Shown here: positions 7,640 through 16,879 of the stretch, piece by piece | How positions within the stretch are numbered: the stretch's first letter is position 1 | How the letters are laid out: the number at the start of each line of letters is the position of its first letter | Program-made: the position numbers and the translations under genes | Assembly (NCBI GenBank): GCA_964405845.1 | Contig: CAYOPL010000013.1 | Span: 305-64,304 of the forward strand | Source: an uncultured Dehalococcoidia bacterium | GTDB taxonomy: Bacteria; Chloroflexota; Dehalococcoidia; UBA6926 | Direction of reading: 5' to 3' | DNA length: 64,000 nt | The notes under the pieces: generated by a model | Told to the model about the DNA's origin: nothing | The model's database searches: none | The model's input: the letters and a program-made list of their open reading frames with translations, nothing else

Positions 7640-8515
7640 ATGAATTTCACGAAGATGCACGGCACGGGCAACGACTTCATCGTCGTTGAGGGCGGTCCTG
7701 CCGAGGCCGATTCCACGAATTGGCCGGAGGTGGCACGCGAGGCGTGCAGCCGCCGGTTCGGCGTGGGCGCAGACGGCATTCTTGTCATTCGCCCCTCAGA
7801 TGATGCCGCCTTGCAGATGCAGATCTTCAACCCGGATGGCTCCGAGGCAGAGATGTGCGGCAACGGCATCCGCTGCGTCACCAAGTACGCCATCGAGCGC
7901 GGTATCGTCGATAGCTCAGCGCTCCGCAACGAGGCCGGTCTTCCCATTGAGACGCTCGGGGGGCTTATGACCGTGTGGCCGCAGAACGGCAGCTCATCGG
8001 GCGCGATTGAGGCTGTGCGTGTTGGCATGGGCGCGCCGATACTTGAACCCAGCGAAATCCCTGTGGCCGTGAATGGCCCGGCGCCTGTGCAGGGTCACAC
8101 GCTTGAGGTAGGTGGCTACGCCCTGAGTCTTTCCTTTATTTCCATGGGAAATCCCCACGCCATCGCATTCATCGACACACCGGTCGCGGACTTCCCGCTT
8201 GAGACTATCGGGCCGATGGTTGAAAACCATCCCCTGTTCCCGGAGCGGGTCAACTTTGAAATCGTCAATATCCGGTCTCGCGAAGAGATAACCATGCGCG
8301 TGTGGGAACGAGGCGCAGGCCTCACCATGGCGTGCGGCACCGGCGCTTGCGCGGTTGTTGTCGCAGCACGCATTGCCGGGATGGTGGATGATTGCGTGTC
8401 AGTTGAGTTGCCGGGCGGGTCGCTCACCATCGAGTGGGACGGCAACCCGGACAGCCAGGTCTACATGACCGGCCCTGCCACAACGGTTTACGCCGGACAA
8501 CTGCTCACGAACTAG
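7640..8515 (+). CDS. dapF: Diaminopimelate epimerase
   Basis: MNFTKMHGTGNDFIVV...EAEMCGNGIRC...ACGTGACAVV carries both catalytic Cys motifs. A TATACT box at 7628-7633 sits 6 nt before the ATG at 7640. An alternative TTG start lies at 7634. Confidence 0.85.
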   Translation: MNFTKMHGTGNDFIVVEGGPAEADSTNWPEVAREACSRRFGVGADGILVIRPSDDAALQMQIFNPDGSEAEMCGNGIRCVTKYAIERGIVDSSALRNEAGLPIETLGGLMTVWPQNGSSSGAIEAVRVGMGAPILEPSEIPVAVNGPAPVQGHTLEVGGYALSLSFISMGNPHAIAFIDTPVADFPLETIGPMVENHPLFPERVNFEIVNIRSREEITMRVWERGAGLTMACGTGACAVVVAARIAGMVDDCVSVELPGGSLTIEWDGNPDSQVYMTGPATTVYAGQLLTN

Positions 8516-9788
8516 GCCGCTCAGCGGTTCCTGATTCAGCAGCAGTCTCCGATTCGATGTACGTTCGCGCGAGGCGCGCGGGCAGTTGCGGCCGCTTCAT
8601 TGTTAGGTACATATACAAGGAAATTACCGCCATCAGGCCAAGCGAGAAGAATGCCCACCGGTATCCGTCCGCGCCGTATTGATCAAACATGTACCCGGCG
8701 AAAATCGGCGCGAAGACCCCTCCCATTGCTGTAAACGTGAACTGCAGGCCCAAAAGCCGGCCATAGATCTGTCTGCCAAAGAGTTCTCCAAGCAGAGCCG
8801 ATCGAGGCGGGTTGCCAAGACCAAACCCGAACCCGAAGAACACGGCGAAAATGACGGCCGTAATCGGGTCCCGCGCAAAGAAGAATAGCACCGCGCCTAT
8901 GATCTGCATCGCGAACGAGATTGAGACGATTTTGCGTTTGTCATACATGTCAGCAAGAATGCCGCCGAGGATCCGCGCCGGGAAACTGGCAAGCGGCAGG
9001 AGCGTGATCAGTGCGGTGGCCCATTCATCACTGAATCCGAACTCGTTCCACACCTTGAACTGGTGAATGATGAACGAGCCAAAGAAAATGAACCCGAAAA
9101 TGTTCGCCACAACGTACTTCCAGTACGTCGATGTTCTGATCGCCTCCTTCACTGTGAACGTCGTATCGGCATAGCGGTCATCCTGATCCATCTCAGCGAA
9201 TCGCGCTGCCTCAGCCTCGCTCATGCCATCTGGATGCAGCCCGTACTTCTCAGGTGCGTCCCGCATCATCAGTCCGAGCGGCAGACCGACAATAAACGTC
9301 GTGATTCCCAGGTAGAAAAGCGCATCCCTCCATTCAAAGAGGGCGATCAAGCCAACGACGAGCGGAACAAGCAGGGCGCTAACACCCGCTCCGTAGGACA
9401 CGATAGCCATGGCCGTGCCACGCCGACGGATGAACCAGGCGTTGACGGCGGTGTTGACCGTAAGGAAAGAGCCGAACGCGAGACCAAACGCCATTACTGC
9501 GAACGCGGCGAAGAAATGCCACAACTCCTGCACCAAACTCAGCCCGATGAACCCGCAGCCGAGAATGAACATGCCGCCAAGCACGGATTTGCGTGGCCCA
9601 AAGCGGTCAACGACATATCCAACGATTGGGCCAAAAATGCCCTGCTCGGTCCGCTGAAAGGCGAATGCGATGGAGGCCACGGCGGCCGGCCACTTAAACT
9701 CGTCAATGATTTCATCGAAGAACGGCGCGAAGCCGTAGAAGAACACACCGGCTGTGTAGAACAAGACGCCGAAACTGGCAATCGCCAA
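8505..9788 (-). CDS. MFS transporter (paralog 1 of 4)
   Basis: 427 aa with about 12 predicted TM helices. The G-x3-D-R/K-x-G-R-R/K-like loop is read as VGYVVDRFGPRK. Confidence 0.8.
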   Translation of the reverse strand: MAIASFGVLFYTAGVFFYGFAPFFDEIIDEFKWPAAVASIAFAFQRTEQGIFGPIVGYVVDRFGPRKSVLGGMFILGCGFIGLSLVQELWHFFAAFAVMAFGLAFGSFLTVNTAVNAWFIRRRGTAMAIVSYGAGVSALLVPLVVGLIALFEWRDALFYLGITTFIVGLPLGLMMRDAPEKYGLHPDGMSEAEAARFAEMDQDDRYADTTFTVKEAIRTSTYWKYVVANIFGFIFFGSFIIHQFKVWNEFGFSDEWATALITLLPLASFPARILGGILADMYDKRKIVSISFAMQIIGAVLFFFARDPITAVIFAVFFGFGFGLGNPPRSALLGELFGRQIYGRLLGLQFTFTAMGGVFAPIFAGYMFDQYGADGYRWAFFSLGLMAVISLYMYLTMKRPQLPARLARTYIESETAAESGTAERPSS

Positions 9789-9946
9789 CCACCAGCCGTA
9801 GAAGATGCGGTTGGGGTGAATCAGAACCGATAATGCAGCGTTTACGGCGACCTCCCAACAAAAACCAAAGCCCGCGAACGGGCGGACTGAATAAGTATAG
9901 CCCCGCTACGCCACCGGGCGGCACAGTCCTGCCGAACGCAGTCAGA

Positions 9947-11245
9947 TTATGCAGATGCCGGAGGTGGTACGGTGGCCGGTCGTGGGCGCGTTACCGTGAG
10001 TGTCAGCGGTACAGATAGGCTCAGGATCGCGGCGACGATCACGAATCCGATCACGTAGCTGTCCGTCTGATCGTAGAGCCAGCCTATAGCAACCGGCGAC
10101 ATGATAGCCGGCAATGAGGCCAGCCCCTGCTGAATACCAGCTACCCGCCCAAATATCGACAGTCCCCAGTACTCTGCCTGCAGCGCCAGCCGCACCGATG
10201 ATTGTGAGCCGATGGCGCTTCCCAGGAGAAATCCGGCGAGTATCGTCAGCCACGGAACAGTTGACATGGGTATCAGTACAATCGCGATCCCCTGCACGGT
10301 GATTCCTATGGCAAGCACCACCCGCTTGTCCACGTAGTCGGCTATCGTCCCGGCAATAACGCGAATGGGAATGCTCGAGGATGTCTGCCACGCGAACATG
10401 AAGGCAATGAACTCTTTGGAGAATCCATTCTTCTGCAGGATGAGCGCCTCGTACGTGATGATGGACCAGGACGCGCCCAGCAGTGCGCTCGCTAGGACAT
10501 ACTGCCAATAGCCCCGGCTACGCAGTACGTCTCGCAGCGTGAAATTGGCCTCCGGCAAGATGTTCGCGCGAGATGACGGCGCAGTCTGGTCCTCGGGTGG
10601 ATCGCCGCCGTCGGGCACCATGCCGTAGTCCTGCGGCCTGTTGCGGATGAGGGGAATCAGGAGCATCCCGACAACCCAGAACCCCACACCCGCGCCGAAC
10701 AGGACGGATCGCCAACCAAACTCCGGGATGATCCACGCCCACACTCCTGCCAGCAGGCCGGACATGCCCGGCCCAACAATCATGATTCCGTTAGCACGAC
10801 CCCGAAATCGCCGAAACCACGCGTTGATCGCCGCGGCCGTCACGATGAATGACCCGGCGCTGAGGCCGAAGGCAAAGACGATGAAGACTCCGTAGTACTG
10901 CCAGATGTTGTTAACCTGGCTCATCAGCATGCAGCCGCCGCCGGAAACGAAGTAGCCGACTATCAGGATCTTACGAGCGCCATATCGATCAACGAGGTAA
11001 CCGGTCAAGGGAGCGGTGATGCCGGATTCCAGTCGCTGTAGAGAAGGACCGATGCCAGCCAGCGCCTGCGACCATCCAAAGTGCGTCACCATCGCAGCGA
11101 AGAAGTTGGAGAAGCCCCAGAAGCCGATGCCGTCCGTGTAGGCGGCAAGCCCCGTGCCCGACAGCGTCACCCACCAGCCATAGAAGACCTGCCGCGGATG
11201 CCGGGCGAACATCCACGCCGTCATAACGGTTTTCTGGGTCCTCAT
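9947..11245 (-). CDS. MFS transporter (paralog 2 of 4)
   Basis: 432 aa. LTGYLVDRYGARK motif. N-terminal FYGWWVTLSG is shared with paralog 3. Confidence 0.8.
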   Translation of the reverse strand: MRTQKTVMTAWMFARHPRQVFYGWWVTLSGTGLAAYTDGIGFWGFSNFFAAMVTHFGWSQALAGIGPSLQRLESGITAPLTGYLVDRYGARKILIVGYFVSGGGCMLMSQVNNIWQYYGVFIVFAFGLSAGSFIVTAAAINAWFRRFRGRANGIMIVGPGMSGLLAGVWAWIIPEFGWRSVLFGAGVGFWVVGMLLIPLIRNRPQDYGMVPDGGDPPEDQTAPSSRANILPEANFTLRDVLRSRGYWQYVLASALLGASWSIITYEALILQKNGFSKEFIAFMFAWQTSSSIPIRVIAGTIADYVDKRVVLAIGITVQGIAIVLIPMSTVPWLTILAGFLLGSAIGSQSSVRLALQAEYWGLSIFGRVAGIQQGLASLPAIMSPVAIGWLYDQTDSYVIGFVIVAAILSLSVPLTLTVTRPRPATVPPPASA

Positions 11246-12537
11246 GTCGTGGCAAGCCTCACTTCATCGGCGGCGCCACTCCTCGGACGCGTCATCATAA
11301 GCACCATGATCACGGCCAGAGCAAGAGGAACAACGACTGTCATAAACGCGATACGGTAATCGTACGTGTCCGCGAGCCAACCCACCACCACAGGCGAAAT
11401 CAAGCCGCCAATCGCCCCTGCCCCAACCTGCAGGCCCATCAGTGAGCCGAAGATTCCGCGGCCCCAGTAATCGCCCTGCAATGACAGCCGCGCCGCGTTG
11501 CTGCCACCCCACCCCGTGCCATAGATGACCTCAAAGATGATGGCCACCCAGATGTTGGCGACGAAGACGAACAGGATCCCTCCCGCCAGTTGAAAGCTCA
11601 GCATCGTCGCCACGACAAGCCGCTTGTCGAATCGATCTGCGAGCGCGCCGGAGAAGAATCGCATTGGGATGCTCGCAACAGTGAAAACAACCACCATCGC
11701 GCCCGCCGTCTCCATGGAGAAGCCGTAGCTGACAAGCGCGGGGATGTGGTGGACAACCATCGCCGTGATGGCCACCTGCTGCATGGAAAGCGCGCCGACA
11801 TAGAGCAAGTATGAACGACTCAACAGGATGGATCGCACCGTTCCCGGCGACGGCTCAGGCTCAGCCGCATCTCCTGCTTGCCCTGATTCCGAGTCGTTTG
11901 TCTCCGGCGGATCGCCGTCCATGCGCAGGCCGTAATGCTCCGGCCGCCTCCGCAGAACCATGGCGAGCGGGATGCACGTTATCCACGTTCCGATGCCCGT
12001 GAACAGGGCAGCGTCGCGCCAACCGTACTCCCCTATCAGCACGACGAGCAGCGCCGTCATGATGCCCCCGAAGCCCGGCCCCATGAAGGTCAGGCCCAGC
12101 GCCTTGCCACGGTTGCGCAGGAACCAGTTGCTGACGGCGGTCGCCACCATCACGTAGGATGTTGCGCCCATGCCGCTGCCGATGAGGATGAACGCGACGT
12201 AGTATTGCCACGCGTGCTCAACTTGGCTCAGGACGATGAATCCCGCCCCGCCGCTGAACATCGCCACCGCCGTGACGAGACGAGGCCCAAACCGGTCCGT
12301 GAGCGCACCGATAGTCGGACTCAAAATCGCCGTGAACACCGCCATCATGGCGGGCCCGCGTGAAACCTGCTCCCGCGTCCAGTTCAGATCCAGTCGGATA
12401 CTGTCAAAGAACGCGCTGAACCCAAAGAAACTGACGCCCGTCGTGTAGAACATCAGGTACATGCCGGACAGCGCCATCCACCAGCCATAGAAAAGGCGCG
12501 GGCGGCGGCGGCGTGGTGCTGAAACGTCAGCAGTCAT
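11242..12537 (-). CDS. MFS transporter (paralog 3 of 4)
   Basis: 431 aa. LFYGWWMALSG...GALTDRFGPR. 4-bp start/stop overlap with paralog 2. Confidence 0.8.
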   Translation of the reverse strand: MTADVSAPRRRRPRLFYGWWMALSGMYLMFYTTGVSFFGFSAFFDSIRLDLNWTREQVSRGPAMMAVFTAILSPTIGALTDRFGPRLVTAVAMFSGGAGFIVLSQVEHAWQYYVAFILIGSGMGATSYVMVATAVSNWFLRNRGKALGLTFMGPGFGGIMTALLVVLIGEYGWRDAALFTGIGTWITCIPLAMVLRRRPEHYGLRMDGDPPETNDSESGQAGDAAEPEPSPGTVRSILLSRSYLLYVGALSMQQVAITAMVVHHIPALVSYGFSMETAGAMVVVFTVASIPMRFFSGALADRFDKRLVVATMLSFQLAGGILFVFVANIWVAIIFEVIYGTGWGGSNAARLSLQGDYWGRGIFGSLMGLQVGAGAIGGLISPVVVGWLADTYDYRIAFMTVVVPLALAVIMVLMMTRPRSGAADEVRLATT

Positions 12538-13892
12538 ACCGCCACCTGCGCCTCACTCTCAGCCGAAGGGGTTACGTACTGCGGCCGTTTCATCAGCAAG
12601 ATGAGGACAGGGGCGATGGCAAGGGGGAGGATACTCCACACAAGGAACACCGCAGTGCCCAGGCCGAAAACGTCGACGACGAAGCCGGTGAGTGCATGCC
12701 AAATGGCGGCGACAAGGACAGATGCAGATGCCTGAATACCATAGAGCAGCCCGAAATGTCTCTTGCCAAAATAGTCCCATTGCAAGGCCAGGATGGCCGG
12801 AATTCTTGCATGGAAACCGGCAATCAAGAGCCCGACTGCTGCACTGTTGACCACTCTGCCAAGGTCAAGAACTGACGGAATCGTAATAGTCATCAGGATG
12901 ACGAGCACAGCGAGCACCACGAGCTTTCGATTGAAGCGATCGGAAAGAGCCCCCACAGCCACCAGTGCGGGTAAGGATAGCAGTGTGGCCAGAAAAGTCG
13001 CAGAGACGCCCACCACCACGTCCAACGAGAACAGGAAAGGCGTCGCGGCTGTGCCGGAGAGCGCGGCGGCGCCGATGTACAGGTAAATCGACCTCGCTGA
13101 AGAGATCGTTCCGAGTTTCAGAGACACGGCTTGTCGTCTGCGTTGGTTGTCAGGCTCTGCGTCGATGGAGGCTGCGGGAGAGTCCATCACCATGGCATCC
13201 GAACCCCATCCCTCTTCCCCCCAGGGCCGCCATCGCCGCATCCCCAAGGCAATGGCTAGTCCAAGAGCAACCAGCACCCCTCCAACTAACAGCACAATTG
13301 CCAAGTGAACTATGCCGAATCCATCAAACCTTGTAGACAGAGGCAACAATAAGAGACCGCCGAAAACAACTGGCCAAAATGTTGCGGCAGAAACGCCTGC
13401 AAGCGCGATGGCAAAAGCCAAACCCACGTGGCGGACAAACAGATTGGCTACTGTCGTCAAGAGAGCAATTTGGGCGACCGCTACCATGACACCGCCAACC
13501 ACGATTGCAGCACCATAGGACTGCCAATTCGGACCGATAATGGCCAGCACGACATAAGCCATACCACCAATTAGCAGCGCGGTCGCGACTACCCCAATTG
13601 GCCCTCGTCGATCAACCATATGGCCGATAAGTGGGCGTAGCGGCAACAGGACCAACAGCAGGATAGGCGCACCAATACTTAGCAAGTATCTGGGCGCGTC
13701 GCCCCTCGGCGGCTCAAACAGGAACTCCGCGAGGTTACTATCGGCAATCGTCATCAGCGCCAATATCCCCGCCCCCGCCAGCACAATCCACCACCCACGG
13801 TGGATATTGCGCGGCAGCAGAGGCGCAGAAGGCAGCGGCGCTCCATCGTTCTCAGCGACAGGTTCCTCGCCCCGTTCGTTTTCTCTATCCAT
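12534..13892 (-). CDS. MFS-type membrane transporter (paralog 4 of 4). Start uncertain: alternative at 13931.
   Basis: Polytopic hydrophobic protein. GHMVDRRGPIG loop. 4-bp overlap with paralog 3. Confidence 0.65.
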   Translation of the reverse strand: MDRENERGEEPVAENDGAPLPSAPLLPRNIHRGWWIVLAGAGILALMTIADSNLAEFLFEPPRGDAPRYLLSIGAPILLLVLLPLRPLIGHMVDRRGPIGVVATALLIGGMAYVVLAIIGPNWQSYGAAIVVGGVMVAVAQIALLTTVANLFVRHVGLAFAIALAGVSAATFWPVVFGGLLLLPLSTRFDGFGIVHLAIVLLVGGVLVALGLAIALGMRRWRPWGEEGWGSDAMVMDSPAASIDAEPDNQRRRQAVSLKLGTISSARSIYLYIGAAALSGTAATPFLFSLDVVVGVSATFLATLLSLPALVAVGALSDRFNRKLVVLAVLVILMTITIPSVLDLGRVVNSAAVGLLIAGFHARIPAILALQWDYFGKRHFGLLYGIQASASVLVAAIWHALTGFVVDVFGLGTAVFLVWSILPLAIAPVLILLMKRPQYVTPSAESEAQVAV

Positions 13893-13951
13893 GCGCCACT
13901 GTAGGCGTGGGCGTGAGCCAAACACAAACATAAATGACAGTCGCCTCAGAT

Positions 13952-13960
13952 TGCTACAAT
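13952..13960 (+). promoter_or_regulatory. Extended -10-like element TGcTACAAT upstream of dapL
   Basis: tgctacaat read in the 13893-14014 intergenic region, 55 nt before the ATG at 14015. Confidence 0.3.
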
Positions 13961-14014
13961 AGGTTTCAGCGCGCAGTCCACTAGTGAGTCAGATAGCGGA
14001 GGAGAGCCAGCCGA

Positions 14015-15196
14015 ATGCCACTACCAGAGCAAGCGCGGCGCGTCGCGCAGTTGCCCCCGTACCTCTTTGTGGAGGTCACGCGCAAGATCAACGAGAAGCG
14101 CGCCCGCGGCGAGGACGTGATCTCCCTCGCCATCGGTGATCCTGATCTTCCCTCCCCTCCGCACATCATCAGCGCGCTTGTCACATCGCTGGAGGACGTT
14201 GCCAATCACCGCTACCCGGAATCCGACGGCCTGCCGGCGTTTCGCCGTTCTGTAGCCGACTGGTACAAGAAGCGCTTCGGCGTGGAGTTCGACCCGGATA
14301 CGGAAGTGCTCCCCACTATCGGTTCGAAAGAGGGCATCGCCCACATCGCGTGGTGCTATCTGGACCAGGGTGACATTGCGCTGGTTCCTGATCCCGGCTA
14401 CCCCGTCTACAGCGTCGGCACGATGTTGGCCGGCGGCGAGTCATATTACATGCCGCTGCATCGTGAGACCGGCTTCCTGCCGGATCTGGACGCCATCCCG
14501 GAGGATGTTGCCCGAAAGGCCAAGCTGCTCTGGATCAACTATCCCAACAATCCCACAGCGGCTGTCGCAGAGCTCGATTTCTATGAGCGCGTCGTAGAGT
14601 TCGCAAAGAAGTACGACATCGTCGTCTGTCACGACGGCCCCTACACAGAAGTTGCGTTCGACGGCTATAAGCCCGTGAGCTTCATGCAGGTGGACGGTGC
14701 GAAGGATGTGGGCATCGAGTTCCACTCCCTGTCCAAGTCGTACAACATGACTGGCTGGCGCATCGGCATGACCGTTGGAAACGCCGAGGTCACAAACGCG
14801 CTGATGCGGATTAAGTCGAATGTGGATTCAGGCGTGTTCCAGGCCGTGCAATTGGCGGGCATCGCCGCGCTGGAGGGTCCGCAGGACACCATCGACCACC
14901 ACAACGCTGTCTACCAGGCAAGGCGTGACAAGCTCATCCCTGCCCTGCGCAAGATGGGGCTTGAGGTCGATCCCCCCAAGGCAAGCCTGTACGTCTGGGC
15001 CAAGCTGCCGGACGGGGCGCTATCCGGTGAGTTTGCATCCCGCCTCATCGAGGAGGCGAATGTCGTAGTGACGCCGGGCCGCGGCTACGGAGAGGCGGGT
15101 GAGGGGTATATCCGCTGCTCGCTGACCGTTGGGGACGATGCCCTTGACCGCGCGCTGGAGCGGTTGAGCAACGTCAACGTCTCTAATCTCCTCTAG
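14015..15196 (+). CDS. dapL: LL-diaminopimelate aminotransferase-like PLP-dependent aminotransferase (class I/II)
   Basis: The N-terminus [36 protein letters not shown] resembles the DapL family. An [13 protein letters not shown]-lysine motif is present. dapF lies nearby. Confidence 0.7.
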   Translation: MPLPEQARRVAQLPPYLFVEVTRKINEKRARGEDVISLAIGDPDLPSPPHIISALVTSLEDVANHRYPESDGLPAFRRSVADWYKKRFGVEFDPDTEVLPTIGSKEGIAHIAWCYLDQGDIALVPDPGYPVYSVGTMLAGGESYYMPLHRETGFLPDLDAIPEDVARKAKLLWINYPNNPTAAVAELDFYERVVEFAKKYDIVVCHDGPYTEVAFDGYKPVSFMQVDGAKDVGIEFHSLSKSYNMTGWRIGMTVGNAEVTNALMRIKSNVDSGVFQAVQLAGIAALEGPQDTIDHHNAVYQARRDKLIPALRKMGLEVDPPKASLYVWAKLPDGALSGEFASRLIEEANVVVTPGRGYGEAGEGYIRCSLTVGDDALDRALERLSNVNVSNLL

Positions 15197-15210
15197 GCGG
15201 ACAAATTCGA

Positions 15211-15558
15211 ATGGCGCAGACTAACAAAACACAACGCGAGAAGAACACCGTCAGCGCATTTCACGCTGATGAGGAACGGGTGATGCTCGCCCTGGCATGG
15301 GCGGAGCACTCCATGACGTTGTCGGAGTTGTCGGCCAGCCTTGAGACCTCAGCGGCAGATTTGCGGGAGGCAATGCGTTCGCTCTATCGACATCATTTCC
15401 TGCTGATTTCGCGGGGTATTAGGCAAATTGAGGATACCTCCTGCTTTCACAGCCCGCCCGCGCGTATGTCCGCCGCTACCTGCTCCCTGAGACACCACGC
15501 AAGCTGCCGATCGAGGCACTCAAAATCACGACCAGGCGGCGCTAAAGGTCCGCGTTGA
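15211..15558 (+). CDS. Possible small hypothetical protein with a helix-turn-helix-like N-terminus. Weak call.
   Basis: The ORF fills a 345-bp intergenic gap. The N-terminal 70 aa look protein-like. The C-terminus is Arg/Ser-rich and overlaps the ccdA stop. Confidence 0.25.
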   Translation: MAQTNKTQREKNTVSAFHADEERVMLALAWAEHSMTLSELSASLETSAADLREAMRSLYRHHFLLISRGIRQIEDTSCFHSPPARMSAATCSLRHHASCRSRHSKSRPGGAKGPR

Positions 15559-16261
15559 ACGCGAACCAGTTGACCCACCAGTAGTAGGTGATATACGCGC
15601 CCGCGCCGATGAGCATGATCGGGCTCAGCCACTCCACAATCGGCATCGCCTGGCGAATCACCACGCGGATAAGGTCCTTGAAGACCGCAGCTCCCAGCGT
15701 CAGGCCAATCAAGCCTACGCCCATCCCCGCGCCGTAGATCAGGAACATGATGAATGCCGCATAGCCACCGATGACCTGGCCCTGCGCGAGAATGGCCAGA
15801 AAAATCGGGAACGTGCAGCTCAATGTGGCAAGCGCATACGCCAGCCCGAACAGGAAAACGGATGTCAGCCCCCGGCTCCCGGTGCCCCAATTGACTCCAA
15901 TGGTCGGAATGAGCGCGATGGAGCGCTTGTTCACCAGCATGAACGCGATCATGTACCCGCCCAATAGAATGAGTGCACCGCCGACGAAAATCGCGATATA
16001 GGGAATGATGTCGCGCAGGATAGTTCCCACCGCGCTCCACACGACGCCAAACGTGCCGAACAAGAACAGGAACGCGAGCGCCGCCGTGCCTCCGACAAGC
16101 ATCGCCTGACCAAGGCGGAGCGCAATGGGTCGCTCCTCGTAGCCTTCCTCGCGGGAACCGATGTAGTAGCCGATGTATGCGGGCAGCATCGCAACGCCGC
16201 ATGGGCTTGCCAGCGCGACAAAACCGGCGCTGAATGCAAAGGCAAAGGGAAGATTGAACAT
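15542..16261 (-). CDS. ccdA: Cytochrome c-type biogenesis protein CcdA (DsbD-like thiol-disulfide transporter)
   Basis: ASPCGVAMLPAYIGYY and a second Cys in LSCTFPIFL. 6 TM helices. Confidence 0.8.
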   Translation of the reverse strand: MFNLPFAFAFSAGFVALASPCGVAMLPAYIGYYIGSREEGYEERPIALRLGQAMLVGGTAALAFLFLFGTFGVVWSAVGTILRDIIPYIAIFVGGALILLGGYMIAFMLVNKRSIALIPTIGVNWGTGSRGLTSVFLFGLAYALATLSCTFPIFLAILAQGQVIGGYAAFIMFLIYGAGMGVGLIGLTLGAAVFKDLIRVVIRQAMPIVEWLSPIMLIGAGAYITYYWWVNWFAFNADL

Positions 16262-16282
16262 TATCCGGCCCTCATACTAAAA

Positions 16283-16288
16283 AGTATA
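16283..16288 (-). promoter_or_regulatory. TATACT -10-like box (minus strand) 22 nt upstream of the ccdA start
   Basis: The minus-strand sequence reads cccgTATACTttttagtatgagggccggataATG. Confidence 0.3.
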
Positions 16289-16351
16289 CGGGCGCGGCGT
16301 TATCGTTGTCGGCTTGCGCCGACAGTGCTCATTGGGATTGACGCCGCTTTC

Positions 16352-16759
16352 CTAGACGTTTACGGCTTCCTGGTCAATAACGGAGCAGGACATCAGGCGC
16401 TCTGTGGTCTCCATGAGCATGGCGTCGCCAAGAGCCAGGATGTCCCTGACGCGCTGATCTGTTACCGAGTAAAAGACGTTGCGGCCACGCCGATCCGCGT
16501 CAACGAAACCGCACCAGCGGAGGCAGGAAAGGTGGCTGGAAACGCGGCCTTGCGGCGCGCCCAGCATCTCCACCAGCTCCGAAACACTGCGCTCTGACTC
16601 CAATAGGATGTGAAGAATTCGCAGTCGCGTTGGGTCTCCAAGCCCGCGGAAGAATCGAGCTGCCGCCTCTGCGCCGGAGGGCGCGCTGACCATTGGGCCC
16701 GTTGGCGTAAGTGTCAGTACGTGCATTGCGCTCATTGCGTGAGTCCGTCCAATCCCCAT
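16352..16759 (-). CDS. ArsR/SmtB family metalloregulator-like transcriptional regulator
   Basis: The wHTH segment LGDPTRLRILHILLESERSVSELVEMLGAPQGRVSSHLSCLRWCGFV. Lies directly upstream of ccdA on the same strand. Confidence 0.8.
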   Translation of the reverse strand: MGIGRTHAMSAMHVLTLTPTGPMVSAPSGAEAAARFFRGLGDPTRLRILHILLESERSVSELVEMLGAPQGRVSSHLSCLRWCGFVDADRRGRNVFYSVTDQRVRDILALGDAMLMETTERLMSCSVIDQEAVNV

Positions 16760-16864
16760 TCTTCCGCTCGTCCTACCCTGTCCATTCCACGGGGCGCGCA
16801 GGTGCGCTCCTCACATGTCATGGACTCCTTAACTATATCGTATGTCGCAGGGGGAGTCCGTCCG

Positions 16865-16870
16865 TACAAT
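16865..16870 (+). promoter_or_regulatory. TACAAT -10-like box 9 nt upstream of the ATG at 16880 (leaderless-type arrangement)
   Basis: Read directly: cgTACAATtgagagcacATG. Confidence 0.3.
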
Positions 16871-16879
16871 TGAGAGCAC

